Assembly (NCBI RefSeq): GCF_964355755.1
Contig: NC_092670.1
Coordinates: 31,422,388-31,486,387, forward strand
Direction: 5' to 3'
Source of the DNA: Antedon mediterranea
Lineage: Eukaryota > Animalia > Echinodermata
Length of the DNA: 64,000 bases
The notes below the pieces were generated by a model. It saw only the letters and a list, made by a program, of their open reading frames with translations, had not been told where the DNA came from and did no database searches. Shown in pieces: positions 1 to 11,985 of the stretch. Each line of letters starts with the position of its first letter. The stretch's first letter is position 1. The position numbers and the translations under genes were made by a program.

Positions 1-765
1 GAGTTACATTGCTAATATCAACTCTTACGATAAATAACTTAGCTAGGCCCTTTACTTTAGTATGTTATAACTTATTGTTATCAAGTCTGAGTCAGTACAC
101 GTCACTTTAGTATTACTGTGTACAGTACTTAGATGAACTATAAAAAATATATTTTTCTCGACAAGCGTGTACTAGCGATAAGATTTTGTTGACCTGGAAT
201 TTTCCATGCTGGATGGGTCATGTGACAACATTAAACCAATCACATCGCTTCTTTCAGCGTGTTCGTAGCAAATAGGCCGTTTTTGTTTACACTAAAGGGT
301 TCTATAAAATCGGTTTTTATTGGTCTATATCGTACAATCTGTGACATCACTCATTTATTTTTAGATTCATGAACAAAATACCTATCGAATGATACCAAGC
401 TTTCAGGGGTTATCTACAAAATTACGGCGTAGGAATGACGAAAATAACTGCTTTTTTATAACGAATTACCACGTTCTTTCAATCAAAACACGAGGATAGA
501 GGCTCAGATTTATGTAATTTTTACCACCTTTCCATTTGAATTAGTTAATAAGATATATATTTTTGAAATCTACGGTAAATTTCCTATCAGATAATGGTAA
601 AAAAACAAAATGGTCAAAATATGAGTTTCACACATTCAAATGCATTTTACACAAATCCCTATCTAGCGACAAGCGCCTGGTTTTGATGTGGCTGTACACA
701 TTTTATCTTTACTCAATAGAAGTTCCAACTTAGAATAGATATTATATTTTAAATCTCAAAATTTT

Positions 766-1577
766 ACTTACACATATTTAGGCCTACTTACACATATTTA
801 GGCCTACTTACACATATTTAGGCCTACTTACACATATTAGGCCTACTTACACATATTTAGGCCTACTTACACAATTATTTAGGCCTACTTACACATATTT
901 AGGCCTACTTACACATATTTAGGCCTACTTAAACATATTTAGGCCTATACTTACACATTTTTACTTACACATATTTAGGCCTACTTATACATATTTAGGC
1001 CTACTTACACATATTAGGCCTACTTACACATATTTAGGCCTACTTACACAATTATTTAGGCCTACTTACACATATTTAGGCCTACTTACACAATCATATT
1101 TAGGCCTACTTAAACATATTTAGGCCTACTTACACATTTTTACTTACACATATTTAGGCCCACTTATACATATTTAGGCCCACTTACACATATTTAGGCC
1201 TACTTACACATATTTAGGCCCACTTACACATATTTAGGCCCACTTACACATATTTAGGCCCACTTACACATATTTAGGCCTACTTATACATATTTAGGCC
1301 CACTTACACATATTTAGGCCCACTTACACATATTTAGGCCTACTTACACATATTTAGGCCTACTTACACATATTTAGGCCCACTTACACATATTTAGGCC
1401 TACTTACACATATTTACTTACACATATTTAGGCCTACTTAAACATATTTACTTACACATATTTACTTACACATATTTAGGCCTACTTACACATATTTAGG
1501 CCTACTTACACATATTTAGGCCTACTTACACATATTTACTTTTTACACATATTTACTTACACATATTTACTTACACA
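766..1577. repeat. 20-bp minisatellite (TACTTACACATATTTAGGCC)n, ~40 units
   Basis: Direct tandem repeats visible. Confidence 0.97.
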
Positions 1578-3746
1578 GCACGCAATTTTACTACAATATT
1601 ATCTATTCAAATTGGCAGTACAGTAGAATGTAAATCATTTTAATAGATTAAAATTCTTTTTTCATTTAACATCAATTTAAATAAGAAAAAAATGGTAAAC
1701 TGGCGTACATCCTATAACTTGTATAAAAATCCCCTATTTTATTTTACTGTATCTATAATAATAATACTATATTGTTATTTTAAGTTTGTGTTAAATACTT
1801 CCTTTATCTTATGGTGTGTTACTTATTGTGTGGTTATATTGTGTGGTTACATTGGTGGGAGTTTCCATATATTTTAAATGATTGGTCACAAAAGAAAGGA
1901 ATAAATTGAAGATGAGAAAGATAATAGGTAGTCATTCGCTGCATCCTCCCACACACATGTCCAACGTGAAGTAAAACGTCAGAACCGATCAACCACACAA
2001 TGATCCAAATTCTAACCATTGTTGTACCTATAGAATGATTGTAGTCATTAATATTTCAGAATTATTCATATAGAACCAGAATTTTTTCAATAAAAAATTG
2101 TTATTTTATATGATTAATAATTTATGAAAAATGTCGAAAATATATTTTAAAACAGTTTTATTGATGATTGACAGCCTATGATATAAAATATAGTATGATA
2201 TACAGAAATAGTTAGATCAAATAAAAAAAAGAAGTTTTTGATGAGGGTGAACTATTTTTACCTAATTGTTTACAAAGCTCGGACCAAATTTAAAAAATAA
2301 TGTGCATCCATAATTTAAATGAGAGAGGGAGTAATGAATACTTTAGAATATGAATAAGAACCTGAAAAACACATATCCAAGGATTTTGAATTAATGAAGG
2401 TGGGGGGGGGGGGGGCTGTTGAATTGTAAATGAAGTACTGAACTATGACCTAGTTTTAAAATTGTATTTTTTTATTTTAGGTAGGGGGGGGGGGGGCACC
2501 TTCTGGACCTCTATATTTGTTTGTATAAAATAAAAATATTAATACAGTGGTATGTAAAACAGGAATAAATTAAATAAATAAATGAAGATTAGATTATTCT
2601 TGTTATTTTAATATAATATGCCATAAATATAGTTATTGCAAAATATAGTAACTATTCAGGTGTTGCTATTCTAACCTGCTTACTGTGAATAACAGATATA
2701 TAAATCACATACAAATGATTGACGTTTATTCATGCGTATCAGTATGTGATGAGTCAATGTGTACAATTGATTGTTCCTCAAGGAAATAATTTCAACAATT
2801 TATTTATGAAATATATCCTTTGTTCATCTATAGTGATAGAATCATTATTTGTTTGATTTTAGTATAAATTGACTTCAATTTTAACTTAAAGTTATTAGAA
2901 TTTGAAATATTATAAGGAAATTTTATGTTAATTACTATAATAACTGCTTCCTATTCCACTCCATGAACAATTAACATGAACAACATTAATTTACTGCCCA
3001 TAGGTGAGCTTGATTTAGACAGGCATGATTTTGCATACAAATGACAGTACTCCATATGGAGTCGAGTGGCCGAACATAGTTCTTGCAGTTTAAAAAGTGT
3101 TCTTTTATAAGAACTTTGCACTGGATTGTACACATGGCCCTCATGCTTATACACACTTTAAACAACCCAGTCCAGTGCATCCTTTAAAATAGTAGAGGTT
3201 TGGGGTTACCCCTGTGTAATAGTCCATTAGGTGTAAACTTTTTATACACAAAAGGAGGCTTAGTGCTCATGACATTTGTGGTTAAGACAGTTAATTAAAT
3301 AGAACATAAGTATCCACTATCATTACTACCTGCATAATTTGTATTGGGATACATTTTAAAAAAATAATCAGACACAATTCTGTACTAAATGCAGGTGCCT
3401 GTATTTTTTTCTATCTTATCAGATATTTAATATACATTTTAAAATAGACCATAAAAAAACATAAATACAAAAGCAGCATAATTTCTGTTTTTATAAACAT
3501 CAAATAAATCGGAAGTAATTAATATGATATAACTGATCGACGATAGGTAATAAATATTTATTATTTTTATGTCGTGTTAGAAAAATAAATGTTGGGCCAG
3601 ATGGTACAATAATAATAATATTAATATTATAATGTTTTGAAATTAACATTTCTTTATTTGACATAGACAAAAATACACAGGTCAATATATTAAATAATAA
3701 ATATAAAATTTCTGTATTTAAAATACCCTTAAACAGTTTTTTTATA

Positions 3747-3914
3747 CAGGTAACTCCCCCAATACCGGACACCTTTGGGCTTGTCTAATATTTCTGGTTT
3801 TCTGCAAAGTATTGGTAATGTGTTTTTGGTGGTAAAAACAAAATTTGGGACCTTTTGGACCTCAAGAAAAGTTTTGTTTTGTGAGAGAGAGTCCGGTATT
3901 GGGAGAGTTGACTG
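3747..3914. mobile_element. Tigger/pogo-like MITE family A
   Basis: TA|CAGG...GGGAGAGTTGACTG|TA; related copies at 37928 and 59954. Confidence 0.7.
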
Positions 3915-4709
3915 TATTATAAAAGTACAGTAAAGTTAACCCATTTTAACAATAACAAATTGTGCATGTTTGATAATCCCTTCCATTTCAACACTTGTCA
4001 TTTACAAATCAAGACAAATTATTTGCAAATTTTACGACGTCGGTGAAGCAAGAAGCACCATTGTGCTGATAATAACACAAATTGGTTACGTGCTCCAGTA
4101 ATATAAAAAAGATGAAGTTGTCCGTTTGACTAGGTTCACTATATACAAAACAAAAATAGGTTATACGCTCTTCTAAGAGTATAACTTTGAATTTGAATTT
4201 ACTCAACACTAAGAGCAAATTAAAAATACAAAAGAATTGTCATTGCCGTATTAAGTGACCATACATTATTACAAGAAATGTTAACAGAATTTTATACATT
4301 CATATTAATATCATGCTATTGTTGTACATCTCAATTTTCAGAGAACAAAAGAAGTGTAGTATACATTTCAGTCTTATTCCTGGAGGTGTTTGTAGCCAAT
4401 ACCAGCAATACATACCAATTATGTTTAATTGAGATATATTATGGTATAATATTAGATGCATTAATTTCTTTCTTCATAGCATGCTTTTTACAAACGCTTT
4501 GAGTATAACGTTCTTTATCCTGGGGTCTTTTAATCAATCCATGCTCTCTCACAGTATCAGAGTATTTTTCTCATGAACAAAAGTAAAACATTCATACAAC
4601 ATTTAGCCTCACACAGGTGTTAGACACTGTCTTTGTATGTATGTACTGTAAATGAACCATGGCCATAGTGTCCAATCAATTGCACTTATTTAAGTAAATG
4701 TAATATTAA

Positions 4710-5020
4710 TTGATTGATTGAATTGATTGAAATATATATTTATACTGGGTAACCTCTTCAGTCAAAGACTGGTCTCCCAGTGGGCCAAGTTATGATCAGT
4801 GGCTGTGATGTAGGCCTACTAGTACACCGGGGTAACCCCCTACTCGTCTCGAAAGATGTACTAGGTTCTTTAAAGTGCACATGAGCTAAATGTGTACACT
4901 GGACCTACAGTTTATAGTCCTTATCCGAAAAGACTCGTTCTACCACCAGAACCAGGGAGTGAGTGAGCCTCGAACCCCTGCCGATAATATGGCTACGTAA
5001 TTACGGTTCCACTGTCTTAA
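4710..5020 (-). mobile_element. Second copy of the same SINE family, 5'-truncated
   Basis: Reverse complement aligns along the whole 16770-17055 copy; (TCAA)n-like tail. Confidence 0.85.
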
Positions 5021-6426
5021 TACTAAATACTAATACTAACAGGTTTTCATAAAACAGTAAGTCTTATACATGTGGTACAATTTGATTTAGAATAGTTTTA
5101 TTTGTGTTTGATTTGCCACACATTATGTGCTTTACTGTAGGTTTCTTTTTTTCACAATGCTGTTAAATTGGCAAGTTTCATGGTTTAGCAAAGATCTGAA
5201 ACAAGGCTGTTAATAAACAGTATACAAAAAAGACGATAACAGCTATCAGGGTTATGTATAACTTACTGGAAAATATGTGTATATTGTTTGTTTTGTTTAT
5301 TATCGATAGAAAAGGCGACGTCCAAGAAACTACTATTTAAATGGTTGCAATGATATTCAAATATTGATATATTATGTAATACCAAAGACAGAAGTAAATA
5401 CAGATGCAGACAAGACAAGGCACTTTAATGTTTTTGTTCTGCAATACCCTGCAGAATAAAAATGGATCAATAAAGTTCAGCAGTATTACAAAATAGATTT
5501 CACTTCATATATTCAAAGATTCTATCTAAGAATAGTTTTTAATCCTTATTCATACTTTGTAACTTTATACCCAAAGATTTTATCTAAAAATAATTATTAT
5601 CATAATTGAAAGATTGCATCTGACATTGCTTATTAATATAACAATACAACTGCCAAATCATAGATTCTTATCTGAAAATGAGTATTATAGGGGTAAAATA
5701 GTATTTTGTTGACAGATACATTTTTGTGTGATCTAGTCTCGCATTAAATGACAAAGTTTGATGCCGTAGAGGAATAACTTTTGTATTTTGCACGAAAGAT
5801 TGATTGATTTATCATATTTGGGAAAAGGTAATTAAAATTGTAATTTGACATTGCACGAAAACTTCATAACTCTGCCAAGATTTGTATAACCGTAGCATCC
5901 TTAAAATAGTTTAAATTGATTGAATTATTTGTGAATATTGTAACAATTTTATTTTTAATAAGTTTACAATCAGTTTTAAGAATCATGACTCCAAGCTTAT
6001 ACGAAACAATGTTAAATAAAAATCATGCACATAAAAAAATATCAAGGTATAAAGAAAAATAGACACCACAATCTGTCTCCCATCTTTTCAATCAATTAAA
6101 ACTGTCAAATTAATCTTGCGAAGCACAACAATTTTAAAATTAAATACATGTGCACATACTGTCGACATGCCTACAATTTTTATAACGTCATAGTAGTGTA
6201 CCGACTCAAACAGATTCAAAGAACTTATTTCAGTTTTGAAAATGTTTGACAAAATGGGTCATCGTGAGGCCTACTTACTTATTCTTATTTTTGAAAATGA
6301 CTTCAGTTAATAGTGTGTTGAGTATATTCCACAGGATATCTTGATTGCTAATTAATAACCAATTGTATTTATATTTAGTAACACAAAAGCATTAGTTCAT
6401 TTGGTCAGCAACAATAATTAATTTCA

Positions 6427-6530
6427 GGCCTTTTTGCTGGATTAAGCCCTTTTTGCTGAATTAAGCCCTTTTTTCTGGATTAAGCCATTTTTTCTGGATT
6501 AAGCCATTTTTTCTGGATTAAGCCCTTTAT
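6427..6530. repeat. ~20-bp tandem repeat (CTGGATTAAGCCCTTTTT)
   Basis: About 5 units visible. Confidence 0.9.
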
Positions 6531-8239
6531 CCAACTCTTTTTTCTTTGTATAGAAATGATGTGCCCTTTTTATTAATGATAGGTCTATAAATTATATGTT
6601 TTTAAACTTAACAATTTAATATCTCATTATAAGTTGTTCTAGTAATCGCAGAAAGAAATTGTGTCTCCTTTTATAAATCCTTCATCTTTTTTCTCAACAT
6701 AACAAATAAAGAGTAATTATATTTCCTTTGTTGCTTTCATGTTTTTTGATTATCACATTGTGTTGTATATCTAGCAAAATCAAGATTGGTTGTTTGTTTG
6801 TATTTAGAACAGGTAGTATTAATGTTCGATTTCATATGATCTCACAATCACTTAAGTACCTACTAGATAGATGATATGCTTAGCAAGAAAAACTCTACAG
6901 TTACTTACTTTTAGCTGAGATTAACAATAACATGAGTATCAAGAAATCTACAATCAACGAAGATGTTTATTTTACTGTGTTTGATAAAAATGATACTTTT
7001 AACTAGGCCTACTACAACGTATGACTTTGCATTTTCAGGAATCTAAGTTAAAGTCAGATAGTTTGTCCTACTCCGGTGTCCTGACGCAAAGCTATCTAAA
7101 ATTATCAACATGTGGGTGCAGTACTGTGCCTGCTATTAACCTGGGCTTGAATATATAGCCATCAGCGAAATTTGTTGTGTACCCCAGGCTAGTGAGGTTG
7201 TGGGTCCCAGTCCTATCTGAAAATGCAAGCAAGTTATAATATTTACAAGGTATCAGCATTATCCTAGGCTAAAGTAGAAATATTATGTATTGTTTTGCTA
7301 AATACTTTTAAGAGGATGTTGGGTAGAGGAGGATGATTGTGCTTGGGAGTGGAAGGAGTGGGAGAGGGAGGCATGCTGGTTCTGCTTATATAACTGGTTA
7401 CTTGATATTGCTCCTCAGATAGATATTGGTTATCAAATAAAAAAATAATTCATATTCTATTGGACATCTGATATGCAAATGTTTTTTCATTAAAATGCAT
7501 ATTATGCAAAAACACCTCCTTTATTTCCTAAGTTGTCTTGTTACCTTGGCACTCTGAAAACTTCCATTATACTACATATATATTTATGTTGTCCGCACAA
7601 CAGTGATATAAATTGTTAGCTCCATGGTTTTTGTTAATGTTAAAAGGATTTAATCATGAATGATCTTGAGAAAGGTTTTACAGTAATTTCTACATTTAGA
7701 CCTACTGTTGTGTTATGTCCTTAACATTGTTACTAAATGCGCAATTCTCACCAGCTAAATAAAACGGTATCAACATTGGATCCAACTTAATGCAGACTTA
7801 ATTTATTGAATACCATGTCATTGTACGTTGGCCTTTAGCTAGGTAGACAGCTAATTTGATATAAACAATTTAAATTTCTCTGGCATATAGGAAGGAGCTG
7901 TAATAATAACTTAATTAAATCTAACAATGCGCTAATTATCCCTAAGGCGGCTAATTAACTTTAACAAGTATTACAAGACTTGTTTTTGTTATTCTTACCT
8001 GTACAAGGTATATAGTGTCTTCATTGAAGCAAAGTTAAAACAGGAGCAAAAATCCTTGAGTAGATTATCCCTTGTAAATGACAGATTAAAGCATTAATGA
8101 AAAATAATTTATTAATTAAAAAGTGCGCATTTCTATAAAATATACTGTATATTCAAATGACACCATAATATATTACATTTTTACGTACAAAATTAAAATG
8201 AAGCTTACCGTAATACAATTCATAAAAGAAATAAAGAAT

Positions 8240-8326
8240 TATAAAAAAGTTTTAAAACAATTGAGGCTCTTGGCTTTCCTAATGTGCACAGGAAGAGCAT
8301 TGCAAAGTTTAGCAGCAGCATAAATA
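8240..8326 (-). mobile_element. L2/CR1-type LINE 3' remnant (related remnant at ~26820-26890)
   Basis: Minus frame IYAAAKLCNALPVHIRKAKSLNCFKTFL* resembles the L2 ORF2 C-terminus. Confidence 0.55.
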
Positions 8327-11300
8327 TTCACCATTGTAAACTTGCAACTGTATTCAAGATTGAATTGTCATTACAATTATTATCATTACAGTGAGAACAG
8401 TGGGTTTCTTTAGTTACAATTTCAAATTTGAGGGAATCGTCAACAATTTATAAATTAACAACAAATAAACTTTATTTAAAATTTCTCATAAAATATATAC
8501 ATATACATAATATATAAATCCAAAGGCAAATTTATGAAAAAATTACAATGCTGTGGGTATCAGTGGATGGATCTCAATTGAGATACAAAATAATAAAGCA
8601 AAAAGCTAAATTCAAACCAATAAGAGTAAAAAATCCAGAGCAGAGCTTTCCTGCATTCCTAGCTTTTCATCAGTATAAGCTATCAACATTATATGTTCTC
8701 ATCATCTGATAAAATATCAGGCTGCTTTACATACAAGAAATCGAAATTTAAATTTCAAGTCATACTGTATTAATATAACTGTAAATAACTCTTAAATGGA
8801 ATCTTTGACTATAATCAAAGAAAATGTATTAAGTTAATCACACAGATTATTCATTGCCTTAATAACTTGATGTAGTAAAAAACATATTTGCAATTCATTA
8901 TTGATTTTCTGTATTGCTGTCAAATTGTTTACATAACTGAAATTGAGTAGGGAGGTGATTATAAAATACTTGACAAATGCCTATACTCATAAAGTAAATA
9001 TCTTCTATTGTTGGTTTTCCTTTGTCGGTTTCAAATCAATATTGCATATGTACTTGTAAGTAGAGCTAAATATTAGTGTGTTATTTATAACAGTCATTTA
9101 ACAAATATCATTGATTTTGATGTATGTGAATCAAGTTTTTTCTAGTTCGATGAGTTATTAAGAAATGTAAATCAATTATGGCCAATGGATTACAAATATT
9201 AATTTGGTTCATTAGTTATATTAATATTATTAGTTGATCTTTAGCATGGTGTCTCCCTTTGAAATCATTATTTTTTACAAGATGTGTATGTACTGTACAG
9301 TAATTATAGGGTGGGTCTTTCTTCACAAAAGGAGAAAAAGATGTGCGAGGACAAAAATTTACTGATCCTGGCTATTAAAAAATTGTCAAAAAAGTTGTCA
9401 TGAGCTATCTACCTAAATATTTGAAACACTTTCACTTCTGATCTAGCTTAAAAAGGAACATTTTATTTAAAAGAATGAATGATAATTTAGATTTGAATTT
9501 TAGCTCTGGGCCTAATAGTAAAATCTTAATTTTAATTAATAATTTATTAATTTAATTTAATTTAATAATAAAATATGATTTATTAAAACTAAAATAAAGA
9601 CAAGAGAGATCTGCAATTACCAAAATATTGCATGGGTTTGTGGCTTCTTGTTTTTACATGTTTGGATCACATTTTCTGTTTTTTAGATACACTATACTAC
9701 TAATTGCTAGTATTCTAAAGTATGAATAGATACTTAAGAAATGTAATGTAAAGAATGTGTGGTTTAATATGGTGTTATCAAGTACAGTATTTTAATTTAA
9801 ACATTTATCTACTTACTGTATAAAAATATTTTAATTTCATTAATTTTAAAATATTTTTATGCTTTGTAAGAATTCCTTAGGAGTTAAATGAAAGAAATAA
9901 AATAAGGCAGGAAAACCACCACCTTGGTCTACAATTCAGATATTTTTTTGTGACCACAGACATAACTTTAACCCAAATTTCAAAATGTTGAACTTTACTC
10001 TTTGTGATCAACTGACTACCAATGCAATTTCTTTAAAAGCAGACTAATACAACTGTGCCCTCATGGTACAAGGACACTGTGTACACCGAATGACAATCTT
10101 GCAGAGTAATTTTTAAGTTTTTGTTATCGATTGATGTTTTCTTTGACTTCGCAAAATTACTGTAGTTAAGCTTTGTAAAACAACAGAACGAACATCATTA
10201 ATCAAATGCATGAGTTAGTAGAATTAGGTTACACTGAAATCTTTATATAAAAAGTATAGACTATCTAAGAACCAATATTAAAATGTATTCTGTAAAGTTA
10301 AAAGAACCACAGCCTTGGTAATTTTTTTAATGTTTTTTCCTCCACTTTAAAACCACAGACAGTATAACTGGCTCCACAACAACCTGTTATCAACCCAATA
10401 AATTAAGAGATCATATCTTTCATCATTAGAATCAAAATATGAATCAGAAGATTATTATAAAGTATGTTATCTTCACTGATCTATGTTGCCCTAAGCCCAG
10501 TGTGTTTAGTTTCATCATGCTCCCTAATAGCGATGGAACCCCTTGGCATTTAAGATGGCTTCATTATGGTTCAGATGGGCGTGAGAATGTAGATGAACTC
10601 AGATTTAAAGTCGTTCATCATTGGAGTTATTATCCGCCGCATGGAAGCTATCAGATATTTGCTACTACTGTATGTGATGCCCCTATAAGCTAACAGAGAT
10701 TATCGATAATGAAAATGATATTGTTTGTTCTGAATTATTTTTAAATTGCATACAAACATTTCCATTTTGGTTTGATGTTGGTTCATCTGATGCAATTGCA
10801 AAAATGTGACAATGTTTAAGGATATTGCTAGAGGTTTAAACAATGACCACCATACCAAACATTAAATCTATATAGTACTTTATATTAAAAAAATTATTTT
10901 CAATTCATTTACTGTACATTCCAGAATAGGCCTATATATTTTTTTTAAAAAGAGAATTTTTGAAAAATGTTTGAAATCCGCTTTTAAATTAGACTCCTTC
11001 TGGTGCAGAACAATTACTGGAAAAAAAAAGGTTTAACAACAAATGGAGTTAAATAAGGCAGTGTAAAACAGTTTCTTTGCTGTCTTTTTAGTGGAAACTC
11101 CTTTAGCACAATAATATTGATTAATACTGAGGATAGTTATGATATACAATATTTTTTCCATCTGTGTTTTCAGATAATTTTAACAAATTGACTGGAGAAT
11201 ACAAATCGACTGGAGAATAAATTAGTCCCTTTGGTATTTAAAGGCTTATCTGTTTGCTGATTGACACAACAATACAATTATTATTATTGATATTAAATTA

Positions 11301-11793
11301 TATTTTCAAGGTTATTGTAATTTTAATGATAAGGCTTAAAATTGAAGGTTATATTTTGCATTTAAACCAACATTTTATACTCCAACAATTTATATAACAG
11401 TATAAACTAAAAATTTGTGACAGTTGACAAACTATGACAGTTGTTATTTAACAAAGTTTGTTTAAGATTTTGGAAAAATGTTCAGTCTATCTCGCCTACC
11501 TTAGCAGGTTATTGGATAACCTAACTTTGACCCTTTCCACAAAATGTGTCCCCACGTTGTGGGGCAAGGGCTAATGTCGGTTTCCAGGTAATCAGCACTC
11601 GATCATAGCCTGTGTTTATACAATATTGGAACACTTTTTAAATTTTTGCCGTGTAGAGGGTAAAAAGGATAAAATTATGCTAAATTTGGCCAAATTATGC
11701 GAACATTTGTAATAGCATTAATGTTGAGTGTTATCGGTTAAAATTATCTATTTTATATTAAATATATTTTTTTGTATTTATTTATTTTTACAG

Positions 11794-11985
11794 ATATGTG
11801 CTCATCGGTATAAGTATGAATTGTTGGGTTTTGGAAAGTGTTACCAGATAAACCAGAATGTCTATGATGTAAACATTAAAGATGAACCAGACGGAATAAA
11901 GTTCTGTTCAGGCAGCAGGAAACAAGACTATGGGTACTGTCAGGCTGGAACCGGACTTGCTTTAACAAAAATAAAAGACCAATCA
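11794..11985 (+). CDS. Integrin alpha exon (ICAHRY...GYCQAG...KDQS)
   Basis: tttttacag| ... |gtaagt; 192 nt, phase 0/0. Confidence 0.93.

Noticed and set aside
140-702. Possible DNA transposon fragment ending ...GGCTGTACACAT
   Set aside because: It looks TE-like (CpG-rich, repeated CGACAAGCG), but no matching second terminus or copy is in the window
10568-10622. Box C/D snoRNA-like motifs on the minus strand (ATGATGA...CTGA...CTGA)
   Set aside because: Only ~51 nt, no terminal stem, antisense to the host gene and no recognisable guide
1-11793. Missing 5' integrin exons (signal peptide, blade 1)
   Set aside because: No FG-GAP-like or signal-peptide exon was recognised; 7039 onward has an acceptor and a short frame but no integrin similarity
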